Below, piece by piece: positions 1 through 8,718 of a stretch of 25,371 nucleotides of DNA. How positions within the stretch are numbered: position 1 is the first letter of the stretch; each line of letters starts with the position of its first letter. The position numbers and the translations under genes are program-made. Source of the stretch: a virus (lineage: Duplodnaviria; Caudoviricetes); IMG/VR virus record IMGVR_UViG_3300037631_003982, positions 1 to 25,371 of that record. One strand, 5' to 3'. The notes below the pieces were generated by a model. The model had not been told where the DNA came from, ran no database searches, and saw only the letters and a list, made by a program, of their open reading frames with translations.

Positions 1-572
1 ACGTTACTATCAAAAAGGTATGTTTGCCCTTGCTTGATATTGAGAGGTTTGGAATTTTGCATACATAACTCTTGTGTGGCATCTGTTGTTAAGGATTCAT
101 CTACTATCGTTTTAGATATAACATTAGAGTCTGCTTGAGATATTACATACATTGAATTAGTATCAAAAGAATCTGTTATAGGAGTCCAAACATTTTTGAT
201 ACCAGGACCGTTTCCTGTCCATGCATCTTTATGAAACCCTAATAGTCTACCGTTGTTTTCCTGATCAGGCGTTACAATCCTTATATTTAATGTACGTTGT
301 ACCATCCATTCTAAATCTGTTCTGTCATATAAAATATGAGAATAATATGCATCTATTTTTTCTAACATATCATCACGTTGACATGCTTTTTGTAAATGGT
401 ATATAAGTTCAGGAATATCTGTTTGTTCTAAATGTATATGTAGTTCTTCAAAGGATTTTAAATGTGGATATTTTTCTTGTGCAATAGTAAGCCAAATATC
501 TTTCCAATTGAATTGCTCTATTGGATAGTCTATTGTCTGGTTATCCCATTCTAGTCTGTATTTGTTTGGCAT
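1..572 (-). CDS. 2OG-Fe(II)/PhyH-like oxygenase, 3' end beyond window (absent from ORF track)
   Basis: Manual translation from ATG at 572: MPNKYRLEWDNQ...NIRIVTPDQENNGRLLGFHKDAWTGNGPGIKNVWTPITDSFDTNSMYV...GQTYLFDSN, open to the window edge. H-x-D followed by NxWxP is typical of PhyH-like dioxygenases. Confidence 0.7.
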   Translation of the reverse strand, partial: MPNKYRLEWDNQTIDYPIEQFNWKDIWLTIAQEKYPHLKSFEELHIHLEQTDIPELIYHLQKACQRDDMLEKIDAYYSHILYDRTDLEWMVQRTLNIRIVTPDQENNGRLLGFHKDAWTGNGPGIKNVWTPITDSFDTNSMYVISQADSNVISKTIVDESLTTDATQELCMQNSKPLNIKQGQTYLFDSN

Positions 573-604
573 CTATTATAAATCTTCGTAATTATCTATG
601 CTCA

Positions 605-623
605 TATTTATCGACAATAAATA
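605..623. promoter_or_regulatory. Divergent T4-like late promoter motifs
   Basis: GATAAATA on - (605-612) and AATAAATA on + (616-623) between divergent genes. Confidence 0.55.
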
Positions 624-628
624 TAGAT

Positions 629-1090
629 ATGAGACTAGAACGGCTTGACTTCAATACCATAAAAACAATATGGGAAAACAATCTATGGCCAAACAGAACA
701 AGTGCAATAGAAACTCATAGTGTAATGACGTGGCCTTATGAAGGTAATCCTGAACAATATGATATGGATATATTTAATTACCCTGCTACTTTTTGGGGAG
801 CCTATTTAGATAATAAATTAGTAGGTGTAAATTCAGGACACAAAACTACTGACGAGCAATATCGTAGTAGAGGCATATGGGTAGATCCTGAGTATAGAAT
901 AAGAGGTGTTGCCCAAATGTTATTCCTAATGACAGCACATCAGGCCAAAGTTGAAGGGTGTGAAATGTTATGGAGCATTCCAAGAAAAATCGCCCTGCCA
1001 GCCTATACCAAATTTGGTTTTGAGACTGTGGGCGATTATATTGTTACTGAAACGTCAGAAGCAAATATCTATGTTAAGTTAGCCTTTTGA
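629..1090 (+). CDS. GNAT family acetyltransferase
   Basis: RGIWVDPEYRIRGVAQML (motif A) and AYTKFGF. Start moved from 521 to ATG 629 because the upstream part overlaps the minus-strand gene and promoter. Confidence 0.8.
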   Translation: MRLERLDFNTIKTIWENNLWPNRTSAIETHSVMTWPYEGNPEQYDMDIFNYPATFWGAYLDNKLVGVNSGHKTTDEQYRSRGIWVDPEYRIRGVAQMLFLMTAHQAKVEGCEMLWSIPRKIALPAYTKFGFETVGDYIVTETSEANIYVKLAF

Positions 1091-1609
1091 TTGTTGCTCT
1101 AACCATTTTAACATAGTATCAGCATCACTTACTTGAAAAGGGTCTCCATCAGAATTATCATCTAATCCTGGTTCTACCCAAATCATTTCAACAACTCCGT
1201 TGTTAACGATCATTGAGTATCTCCAACTTCTCATACCAAAACCAATATTAGTTTTGTCTACTAAGAATCCCATTTTTCTAGTAAAAAGTCCTGCTCCGTC
1301 TGGAACAGGCTTAACGTTTTGTACACCTAATTGTTTAAACCAAGAGTTCATAACAAATGTGTCGTTTACACTAATGCAATAGATATCATCTATTCCATGT
1401 CCACATATTTGATCATAGTATGCATCAAATGTAGGAACATGTGTACTTGAACATGTTGGTGTAAATGCACCTGGTAGTCCAAATACTGCAACACGTCTAT
1501 TTGCAAACATCTCGTTTGAAGTTAGATCATACCATTCAAATCCTGGTGCTTCGTCTATCTCACGTCTTGTTTTAAATACCACTGGTGGTACTCTGATATC
1601 AACTGCCAT
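1079..1609 (-). CDS. Peroxiredoxin (Prx5-type redoxin)
   Basis: GLPGAFTPTCS active-site motif, SVNDTFVM, GFGMRSWRYSM. RBS GGAGAGG upstream. Confidence 0.93.
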   Translation of the reverse strand: MAVDIRVPPVVFKTRREIDEAPGFEWYDLTSNEMFANRRVAVFGLPGAFTPTCSSTHVPTFDAYYDQICGHGIDDIYCISVNDTFVMNSWFKQLGVQNVKPVPDGAGLFTRKMGFLVDKTNIGFGMRSWRYSMIVNNGVVEMIWVEPGLDDNSDGDPFQVSDADTMLKWLEQQSKG

Positions 1610-1618
1610 TATCCTCTC

Positions 1619-2041
1619 CTATTTAGGTAGTTTCCCATAAGGGTTTTTGTATTTCTTTGCTTCTGGTGTATCCTTTGCCGCTCTCACTAACCAATACAAT
1701 GGTATTAAGTTTAGCACAGGTACAAAGAAAGCAATTACCCACCAACCACTATGACCTCTGTCATGTAGTCGTCTTACAGTAACACTTAGTGATGCTGGTA
1801 ATGTTGCCAATAACCAGATCGCTACAAATATTCCTGCGTTGTTATTTTCCGCAAATGGATCTAACCAATTAAAGAATGTAAAACCTATAAGGCTATCTAT
1901 TCCCATTGCCACTAGAGCAATAATACTTGCGTACAATGTAAAGAACCAATACTCTGGTCTATTACTTCTTCCGCTCCAGTCTTTCCATCTGTCTACTAAT
2001 ACTGTTTTCAAGTTATTAGTAATGTGATTAATTATATTCAT
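1619..2041 (-). CDS. DUF805 inner-membrane protein
   Basis: SGRSNRPEYW and VTVRRLHDRGHSGWW signatures; three hydrophobic segments. Confidence 0.9.
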   Translation of the reverse strand: MNIINHITNNLKTVLVDRWKDWSGRSNRPEYWFFTLYASIIALVAMGIDSLIGFTFFNWLDPFAENNNAGIFVAIWLLATLPASLSVTVRRLHDRGHSGWWVIAFFVPVLNLIPLYWLVRAAKDTPEAKKYKNPYGKLPK

Positions 2042-2066
2042 TTATTCCTTGTTATATTAAAAACTA

Positions 2067-2074
2067 TATTTATT
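2067..2074 (-). promoter_or_regulatory. Late-promoter-like motif upstream of DUF805/peroxiredoxin
   Basis: AATAAATA on - in a 38-nt gap. Confidence 0.45.
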
Positions 2075-2079
2075 AGTAT

Positions 2080-2403
2080 TTAAAGTATACCCATCTGATA
2101 TTTGGCTTCGTCTGATACATGAATATCAGGATTCCAAGGGGGCTCAAATGTTAGATTTAACTTAATCATGTTTACACCTTCTGTACTTCTAACTGCAAAT
2201 TCTGATTCCATCATAATTAGTTCACCAAAAGGACAATTAGGTGCAGTTAGAGTCATTAGAACTTGCACATCGTTTTCTTCGTTTACACTGATGTCATAAA
2301 TTAAACCTAAGTCTACTATGTTGATTCCTATCTCAGGATCTACAACTCGTTTTAAGTTACGGCGTACTTGCTCTGCTAAACTAATTTCGCTACTGCTTTG
2401 CAT
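2080..2403 (-). CDS. sufT: DUF59/MIP18 family Fe-S assembly factor (SufT/PaaD-like)
   Basis: VVDPEIGINIVDLGLIYDI, MTLTAPNCP, FEPPW motifs; last gene of the suf run. Confidence 0.88.
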   Translation of the reverse strand: MQSSSEISLAEQVRRNLKRVVDPEIGINIVDLGLIYDISVNEENDVQVLMTLTAPNCPFGELIMMESEFAVRSTEGVNMIKLNLTFEPPWNPDIHVSDEAKYQMGIL

Positions 2404-3560
2404 AAAGAATCTGATAATTTTTGTAAGTCTTCTTTTGTATTATATATACCAGGACTTACTCTTAGTACACCTTTTCCGCCACTTACTTTATTTACAATAG
2501 GATGAGCACATAACTTTCCAACCCTAACAGCAATGTTATCCATTCCTAACAAAGCACTCACATCACTTGGATGATATCCATGGCATGTAAAACTGTAAAC
2601 ATATCTTCCGTTTTGTCTGTAATTAGGATATATTAATTTTAATCCTTGTATGTTAAAGATGTCAGTGTCGCTCATAGCAAAATCTAGTTTTGTAAAGTGT
2701 CTTGAAATCTCATTGTAACCAACAAATTTAATGTATTCAGCCGCAACACCTAACCCTAATATACCTGCTATGTTTGGTGTACCTACTTCGTGTTTAGCAG
2801 GACCGTCATAAAATTCTACGTTACCTTCAAAGTCATAATGGCTAACAGAACCTCCGCCTAGCCTTACACTTCTCAAACGTTCAAATGGTATTCTACTATA
2901 CATAAATCCTATGCCTGTTGGTCCATACATTTTATGACCACTAAAAACAGCATAGTCAATAGTATAAGGATCAAACTCATGTGTTCCAATAGTTTGACAT
3001 CCATCAACTATAACCTTAATCCCTTGATCATGTGCCGCCTTACATAGTTTTCTAAAGTTAGTTCCTATACCAGTTACATTACTATGACTATGTATGGCCA
3101 ATACTGCATAAGGATACTGTTCAAATAATTTACATGCTTCTTCTGTATTAATAGTGCCACGTTCTGTAACAGGTAGTACAACAAGCCTTCCATTCTTAAC
3201 TGTTCTTCCCTGTGCCATCCAAGGTAATATGTTTGCTGTATGTTCTGCTTCAGTTGTAATTACGACTGGTGCATCTTTATGCCACTCTGCAATCATGTTT
3301 AAACCTTCTGTAGCACCTGCTGTAAACATTATTTGTTCTGTTCTTGCCCCTATTAGTTCTGCTACTTGCTCTCTGGATAGTTCTATATCTGCAGATACTT
3401 CTTGACTAATAGAAAAGTCTCCCCTATTAACATTACATCTTTGTTGTTCATAATATCTATTCATACGATCTAAAACACTTTGATGTGTTTGTGTTGATGC
3501 CGCACTATCTAAATATACTAGATCAGGATTGTTTGCTAATGTTGGAAAGTCTTGTTTCAT
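2376..3560 (-). CDS. sufS: SufS-type cysteine desulfurase (class V PLP aminotransferase)
   Basis: LVYLDSAAS, EHTAN, VDGCQ, FSGHKMYGPTGIG (PLP Lys), EVGTPNIAG, RVGKLCAHP (catalytic Cys). Confidence 0.9.
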   Translation of the reverse strand: MKQDFPTLANNPDLVYLDSAASTQTHQSVLDRMNRYYEQQRCNVNRGDFSISQEVSADIELSREQVAELIGARTEQIMFTAGATEGLNMIAEWHKDAPVVITTEAEHTANILPWMAQGRTVKNGRLVVLPVTERGTINTEEACKLFEQYPYAVLAIHSHSNVTGIGTNFRKLCKAAHDQGIKVIVDGCQTIGTHEFDPYTIDYAVFSGHKMYGPTGIGFMYSRIPFERLRSVRLGGGSVSHYDFEGNVEFYDGPAKHEVGTPNIAGILGLGVAAEYIKFVGYNEISRHFTKLDFAMSDTDIFNIQGLKLIYPNYRQNGRYVYSFTCHGYHPSDVSALLGMDNIAVRVGKLCAHPIVNKVSGGKGVLRVSPGIYNTKEDLQKLSDSLCKAVAKLV

Positions 3561-4744
3561 TTTAAAAATGCTTCTTTTAATAATTCTGTTGCTTGGAAAG
3601 TATCTATACCTTTACTAGTTAAATAGTATAAATCATTTTCGTTTATGTTACTTATTGTACAACCGTGTGTACACTCTATTTCTTTGGTATTAATATCTAA
3701 TTGAGGTTCTGATACAGCACTTGCCCTATCACTTAACAATAAATTTTTATTGGTAAGGTGTGCCTTAACATCTGTTGCATCATCGTCAACAATAATATTA
3801 CCTAAGAAACTACTATACGATTTATCATCTAATACAGATTTAACGTCTATATTGCTTTCACTTTCTATATCTTTGTGATGTACGTCAACAACTATATTAT
3901 TAATGGATTCATTCTTACAATTAAATCTGCCCTTCACATCTGTTTTACAGTTTCTATATGAATCTATATAAAGTAAATCCTGATTGTATAAACTACCTGA
4001 TCCTATTGTTTCTATATCAAACTTACTGTTAGGGAATTGTACTACTTGAGTCTCTATAACATTAAGACCTTTTTCCTTATTGGTTTCATCATGATATCTC
4101 GTAACTTTTAGTTTACCATGTTCTCTAACCAAATAGATTATTTTATATATTTTACATCCTTCTTTGTTTTCAAATGTTTCTTCTATGGTGACATTGGCTC
4201 CTTCACCTACATCTATAATAGCAACCACACAATTTAAATCGTTATCCTTATATCTGTCTGCATATTTTACAGTAATTTGAGACTTTGCTTGGTTTTTATA
4301 TCTGATCCCTACAGGTCCTGTGGAATGTATTAATGCTAAATCACCTATTCTTCCTGTGGGTTCAAAGTAGTCTTGATACAATTTTAATTTGTTACCAAAT
4401 GTAGTAGGATTATAAAAGTTACACTCATACTTTCCAGCGAAGTAGTCAGAACTTGTAAGATGTAAATATCCATCATCTATTAGTACAAGACTTGTTTCAT
4501 TATCTGTATCAAAGGATTTTATTTTTGGATTAGTTGTATTTGTATGGTTACGCAATACATCTATCTTCATATTCTTATAAAACTTATTGGACAAAGTATC
4601 GCCACTCTTACTTAATGAGGAGTAAACTTCCTTTGCAATATTGTGGAATGGAGACTTCTTATTAATTAGGTTGTTATGTCTCAACCCAACATCTAATAAT
4701 GAATGAAGATCTGTAAGACTATATTTTACTTCCTTCATCCTCAA
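3557..4744 (-). CDS. sufD: Fe-S cluster assembly protein SufD (divergent)
   Basis: C-terminal NKNLLLSDRA...EPQLDI...ECTHG...LYYLTSKGI; located between sufC and sufS. Start may be the second ATG at 4738. Confidence 0.82.
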   Translation of the reverse strand: MRMKEVKYSLTDLHSLLDVGLRHNNLINKKSPFHNIAKEVYSSLSKSGDTLSNKFYKNMKIDVLRNHTNTTNPKIKSFDTDNETSLVLIDDGYLHLTSSDYFAGKYECNFYNPTTFGNKLKLYQDYFEPTGRIGDLALIHSTGPVGIRYKNQAKSQITVKYADRYKDNDLNCVVAIIDVGEGANVTIEETFENKEGCKIYKIIYLVREHGKLKVTRYHDETNKEKGLNVIETQVVQFPNSKFDIETIGSGSLYNQDLLYIDSYRNCKTDVKGRFNCKNESINNIVVDVHHKDIESESNIDVKSVLDDKSYSSFLGNIIVDDDATDVKAHLTNKNLLLSDRASAVSEPQLDINTKEIECTHGCTISNINENDLYYLTSKGIDTFQATELLKEAFLK

Positions 4745-5453
4745 ATCCGTTTTCTAATATATTGTAAGCAATATCTATATTGTCTGTTTGTTTAGCATAC
4801 CCAGACCTTTCTATTACTGTTAATGTATTAGGGTTCAACTTTTTAATTAACTCCGCATAATGACTTATAATAATTAAACATTTTCCCTCTTTACTAGCGA
4901 ATTCATTTAATTTTTCTACTAATACTTTAATAGCATCTACATCTAATCCACTATCAGGTTCATCTAGTATTGCAACTTGTGGGTCTAACATATCTAATTG
5001 TATTAGTTCGTTTTTCTTTTTCTCACCACCACTTGCTTCTAAATTTAATTGTTTCTTATCCCAACTAGGATCTAATCCTAGATCGTCTGAAAGTCCTCTA
5101 AACTTTGTTAAGTTATCTTTTATAGATATTGGTCCGTTTTTTGCTGTCAAACATTGTTTAACGAATTGAAAATTACTAAGTCCCTCTATTGGAGTAGGGT
5201 TTTGAAAACTAACAAACAACCCTGCTTGGGCTCGTTCATATGTTTCTAAATCTAATAAGTCGTTGTTATTAAGTGTAGCACCACCTTCTACCTGATAACT
5301 AGGGTTACCCATAAGAGCATGAGCAAATGTACTTTTTCCTACACCATTAGGTCCCATAATAATATGTACACCAGGGCCATACTCTAATGTTAATTGTTTT
5401 AGAATAGGAGAATATTCATCAACTTTTATCGATAAGTCTTGTACTACTAACAT
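4719..5453 (-). CDS. sufC: Fe-S cluster assembly ATPase SufC
   Basis: GPNGVGKST, ERAQAGLFVSFQNP, SGGEKKKNE, LDEPDSGLDVDA, IISHY. Confidence 0.93.
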   Translation of the reverse strand: MLVVQDLSIKVDEYSPILKQLTLEYGPGVHIIMGPNGVGKSTFAHALMGNPSYQVEGGATLNNNDLLDLETYERAQAGLFVSFQNPTPIEGLSNFQFVKQCLTAKNGPISIKDNLTKFRGLSDDLGLDPSWDKKQLNLEASGGEKKKNELIQLDMLDPQVAILDEPDSGLDVDAIKVLVEKLNEFASKEGKCLIIISHYAELIKKLNPNTLTVIERSGYAKQTDNIDIAYNILENGFEDEGSKI

Positions 5454-5785
5454 CAGTGATTCCTTCCTCCATCAAATACACATACAAAATATAATCCTAT
5501 ATCACTTGTATTATATACTTTGTGAAACTCTCCATCATTAATACAAACTACATCGCCTGCACCTACAGTAAACCGCCTATGGTCTATTTCCATTTCGCCT
5601 TCACCTGATACAAACATATATACTTCTTCTTGTCCTTGATGTCTATGTCCATTTGTTTCTTGTTGAGCTCTTAAAAATGTACTACTTAAAATTAAATTTT
5701 TACCAAAAGCATTGTCTTTTAACAAATAAGTTTCGTTGTCTTTAATAACTTCTCCGCCTATGTCTCTCATATCAACTTTTTGCAT
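5453..5785 (-). CDS. Cupin-2 domain protein
   Basis: GHRHQGQEEVYMFVSGEG...GDVVCINDGEFHKVYN metal-binding cupin motifs. Confidence 0.9.
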   Translation of the reverse strand: MQKVDMRDIGGEVIKDNETYLLKDNAFGKNLILSSTFLRAQQETNGHRHQGQEEVYMFVSGEGEMEIDHRRFTVGAGDVVCINDGEFHKVYNTSDIGLYFVCVFDGGRNH

Positions 5786-7227
5786 TATCCAACTGCTCCT
5801 TCCAGTGTTACATTTAATAATTTATTTGCCTCAGCGGCAAACTCTAGTGGTAAATGTTGAAATACATCTTTGCAAAACCCATTTACCACACAATTCACTG
5901 CGTCTTCCTCATCCAATCCTCTGCTTTGTAAATAGTATAATGCATCTTCTGATAACTTTCCTGTTGATGCCTCATGCTCTACAATACTGTTGTTATTATA
6001 CTGCATAACTACCGGTATTGTCAATGCCCTACTGTTATCTAACATTAAACTGTCACATTGTGTATAGTTCCTACTGTTGTCTGCCTTCTTTCCTATACGA
6101 ACTTGACCCCTGTAAGTGTTTGAACTATCTCCAAAACTTATGCCTTTGGATATAATGGTGCTTTTGGTATTCTTACCAACATGCAACATCTTTGTTCCTG
6201 TATCTGCTTGTTGTTTTCCTTTTGTTACCGCAACACTATAGAACTCTCCAACACTATTGTCTCCTTTGAGTATACAACTTGGGTACTTCCACGTAACGGC
6301 ACTTCCTGTCTCAACCTGTGTCCAACTTACCTTACTGCTTTCTCCCTTACACATTGCTCTCTTTGTTACAAAGTTTAGTACGCCACCAACTCCATTCTCA
6401 TCTCCTGGATACCAATTTTGTACTGTTGAGTATTTAATTTCTGCCCTGTCGTGTGTTACAAGTTCTACTACAGCCGCATGTAATGTATTCTCATCATATG
6501 CAGGAGCCGTACAACCTTCTAAGTAACTAACATAACTGTCCGCATCTGCTATAATCAGTGTTCTTTCAAACTGTCCTGTATTACGAGCATTGATGCGGAA
6601 GTATGTGTTTAATTCCATAGGACATCTTACGCCTTTTGGAATATAACAAAAGGTGCCATCAGTAAAGACGGCACTATTTAGGCAAGCAAAGTAATTATCC
6701 TTTGAAGGGATAACACTACCTAAATACTCTTTTACGAGTTCGGGGTGTTCTTGTATGGCTTCACTTATACTGCAAAATATAATGCCATGTTTTTTTAATT
6801 CTGATTGGAATGTTGTAGCAATACTAACACTATCAAATACAACGTCAACTGCTACTGTGGGTATTTTGTTTTCTGCTTCTATACCCAATAAGGAATCTCT
6901 TTCGTGTAATGGTACACCTAACTTATCAAAAGTGTCTAATATCTCTTGTGGAATATCTTCTTTGTTACGGAATTTAGGTGCTGAGTAATAACTTAATGCC
7001 TGATAATCTATAGGTGCATAGTTTACATGAGCCCATGTAGGCTCTTTTATTTTTTGTAAATGATCAAAGGCCTTCAACCTAAATTCAGTTACCCATTCAG
7101 GTTCGTTTTTTATAGCACTAAGTTTTCTTACTACTTCTTCTGTAAGTCCAGGTTCAAAGTCCTCAGTTTCAGTTGGTGTACTGAATCCTGCTGTATACTT
7201 ATTCTTTAATTCGTCTAGGTTATTCAA
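5785..7227 (-). CDS. sufB: Fe-S cluster scaffold protein SufB
   Basis: [58 protein letters not shown]; full-length 480 aa. Confidence 0.97.
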   Translation of the reverse strand: MNNLDELKNKYTAGFSTPTETEDFEPGLTEEVVRKLSAIKNEPEWVTEFRLKAFDHLQKIKEPTWAHVNYAPIDYQALSYYSAPKFRNKEDIPQEILDTFDKLGVPLHERDSLLGIEAENKIPTVAVDVVFDSVSIATTFQSELKKHGIIFCSISEAIQEHPELVKEYLGSVIPSKDNYFACLNSAVFTDGTFCYIPKGVRCPMELNTYFRINARNTGQFERTLIIADADSYVSYLEGCTAPAYDENTLHAAVVELVTHDRAEIKYSTVQNWYPGDENGVGGVLNFVTKRAMCKGESSKVSWTQVETGSAVTWKYPSCILKGDNSVGEFYSVAVTKGKQQADTGTKMLHVGKNTKSTIISKGISFGDSSNTYRGQVRIGKKADNSRNYTQCDSLMLDNSRALTIPVVMQYNNNSIVEHEASTGKLSEDALYYLQSRGLDEEDAVNCVVNGFCKDVFQHLPLEFAAEANKLLNVTLEGAVG

Positions 7228-7519
7228 TGTTCTCCACCACTATGGTTAAAGGATATTTGTTAAATCTTGTTACCTGAACTGCTTCTTGTTTCTTTTGCTC
7301 AGCAATTTCATAGCCGTAAGTTCCAGCAATACCTTTTCCGTCTTCATGTATTTGCATCGTTACATCACGAGCCTCATCAATAGTTTTATTGAATATCTCT
7401 ACAAGTAACTGAACAACAAAATCCATAGGGGTGTAATCGTCGTTTAATAAAACAACATTGAATCTTTGTGGGAAATCTAATTTAGATTTGCTTATTGTGT
7501 TTAATTGTGTCTCTGCCAT
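7220..7519 (-). CDS. clpS: Clp protease adaptor ClpS
   Basis: [36 protein letters not shown]. Confidence 0.95.
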   Translation of the reverse strand: MAETQLNTISKSKLDFPQRFNVVLLNDDYTPMDFVVQLLVEIFNKTIDEARDVTMQIHEDGKGIAGTYGYEIAEQKKQEAVQVTRFNKYPLTIVVENIE

Positions 7520-7725
7520 TATTTTGAGTGTTTAGGTAGTTTTGCTTCTACAAAAAACTCATGTTTTCTTTTAACAGGATTATACTTTTTAATTCTCATC
7601 TTTCTGTTTTCTTGAATTAAAGTTTTTGTTTTTACAAATGTGTAGTGATAAGTGTGACTATCCCTTGTTTCTCCTTCTGGGATAAGGTATAGTAACGTTT
7701 TTTTCTTATTGCTTTTGCTTGCCAT
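7519..7725 (-). CDS. rpmG: Ribosomal protein bL33 (Cys-less type, divergent)
   Basis: 68 aa basic protein with YHYTFVK...KMRIKKYNPVKRKHEFFVEAK, matching the L33 C-terminal pattern KKYxPxxRKHxxFxExK. Confidence 0.8.
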   Translation of the reverse strand: MASKSNKKKTLLYLIPEGETRDSHTYHYTFVKTKTLIQENRKMRIKKYNPVKRKHEFFVEAKLPKHSK

Positions 7726-7736
7726 AATATTTAAGT

Positions 7737-7762
7737 GGGGAGAGTATATTTCCCCTCTCCCC
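7737..7762 (-). terminator. GC-rich hairpin between hsp20 and rpmG (terminator or 5' stabiliser)
   Basis: GGGGAGAG(7737-44)/CTCTCCCC(7755-62) 8-bp stem. No good U-tract, so the role is uncertain. Confidence 0.45.
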
Positions 7763-7764
7763 TA

Positions 7765-7772
7765 TATTTATA
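7765..7772 (-). promoter_or_regulatory. T4-type late promoter upstream of the rpmG-clpS-suf chain
   Basis: Exact TATAAATA on -. Confidence 0.65.
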
Positions 7773-7779
7773 ATAAAGT

Positions 7780-8232
7780 TTAAGATACTTTAATTTTTTG
7801 TGGTTTTAATGCATCAGGAACATTTCTAAATAATTCTACTTTAAGTAGACCGTCCTCTAGTTTTGCACTCTTAACCTCCACATACTCAGCAAGTTTAAAA
7901 CTTCTCACAAAGTCTCTTTCTGCAATACCTTTATGTAAAAACTCGACATCGTCCATGTATCCGGACTCATCAGGTTTAATAGTACCAGTAATTAATAAGT
8001 TTCCGTCTTCCAACTGGATATCTATTTCGGACTTTTTAAATCCTGCAATAGCCAATGTAATGGAATACAGATCATCACCGTCTTTACTGATGTTGTATGG
8101 TGGATAGCCTTGTGAATTATTAGATGAATTCATTTGAGTTTCAAACTCATTGAATAGTCTGTCAAATCCGACTGTGGCTCTATATAGTGGGTTTAGTGTA
8201 TCAGAAGTGATACGAAATTGTTTGCTTACCAT
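7780..8232 (-). CDS. hsp20: Small heat-shock protein Hsp20 (IbpA-like)
   Basis: VGFDRLF, YPPYNI, ITLAIAGF, FLHKGIAERDFVRSFKLA, LEDGLL. Confidence 0.96.
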   Translation of the reverse strand: MVSKQFRITSDTLNPLYRATVGFDRLFNEFETQMNSSNNSQGYPPYNISKDGDDLYSITLAIAGFKKSEIDIQLEDGNLLITGTIKPDESGYMDDVEFLHKGIAERDFVRSFKLAEYVEVKSAKLEDGLLKVELFRNVPDALKPQKIKVS

Positions 8233-8306
8233 GATATTATCTCCTTAAAAAAGCAAGTTAATTTATTTTACTAGTTCTTTTTAAACCCTATTGGCGAATA
8301 AAAAGA
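8233..8306 (-). promoter_or_regulatory. ROSE-like RNA thermometer in the hsp20 leader
   Basis: Minus strand AACUUGCUUUUUUAAGGAG-N8-AUG: UUGCU (8252-56) just 5' of the SD (8241-47), preceded by a hairpin UCUUUUUA/UAAAAAGA (8276-8306). Confidence 0.65.
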
Positions 8307-8718
8307 TCGCGGAGTGAGGTCGTTTCTGTTAGTGTGTATCTGTATCTCCTCACAACACTTGGCAAACTTCTTGGTTACTTTAAGTGTTACCACTCTCAGT
8401 CCTTTGTTGGTTGCCCCAAAAAATAATGCTAATAGCATCATTCTAATCTTGGATTAAAAAGTCCGTGCTCTTTTGAAGACCTCTATTTCAAAGCCCGAGC
8501 ACTTTTGAAGACTTAATCTTCCTTGTGCTAAGTCTATAATACAAGTACCTAGTTCTTTAGCACGACGTATGTTTTCCTCATTCTTACCATTCGGTTCGTT
8601 TCTCTTACGATCTACTTACCTTGTGTAAGTCTGTTTCCAACTTACGGCAATTCAAATTTTACAGTAGACTTTAGTTTCTTACGATTCTATTGCCCTTGCA
8701 TTATTTGTTTTGCAAAGT
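8307..8718 (-). ncRNA. Candidate large structured RNA / hsp20 leader of unknown class
   Basis: Longest ORF-track-free gap in the window, at least 8 helices found by eye, starts just downstream of GATAAATA (8719-26). Confidence 0.5.

Noticed and set aside
521-628. N-terminal 36 aa of the GNAT ORF
   Set aside because: Overlaps the opposite-strand oxygenase and the promoter motifs; ATG 629 is more plausible.
7728-7735. CTTAAATA just before rpmG as a leaderless promoter
   Set aside because: Only 2 nt from the ATG, which is too close; the exact TATAAATA at 7765-72 is the better candidate.
8458-8470. AAAGTCCGTGCTC resembles the RNase P RNA P4 5' strand
   Set aside because: It lacks the preceding GAGG, and no matching 3' P4 strand was found downstream.
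8465-8512. 16-bp near-direct repeat G(T/A)GC(T/A)CTTTTGAAGAC as a mini-CRISPR
   Set aside because: Only two short copies 16 nt apart and no cas genes; better explained as hairpin arms.
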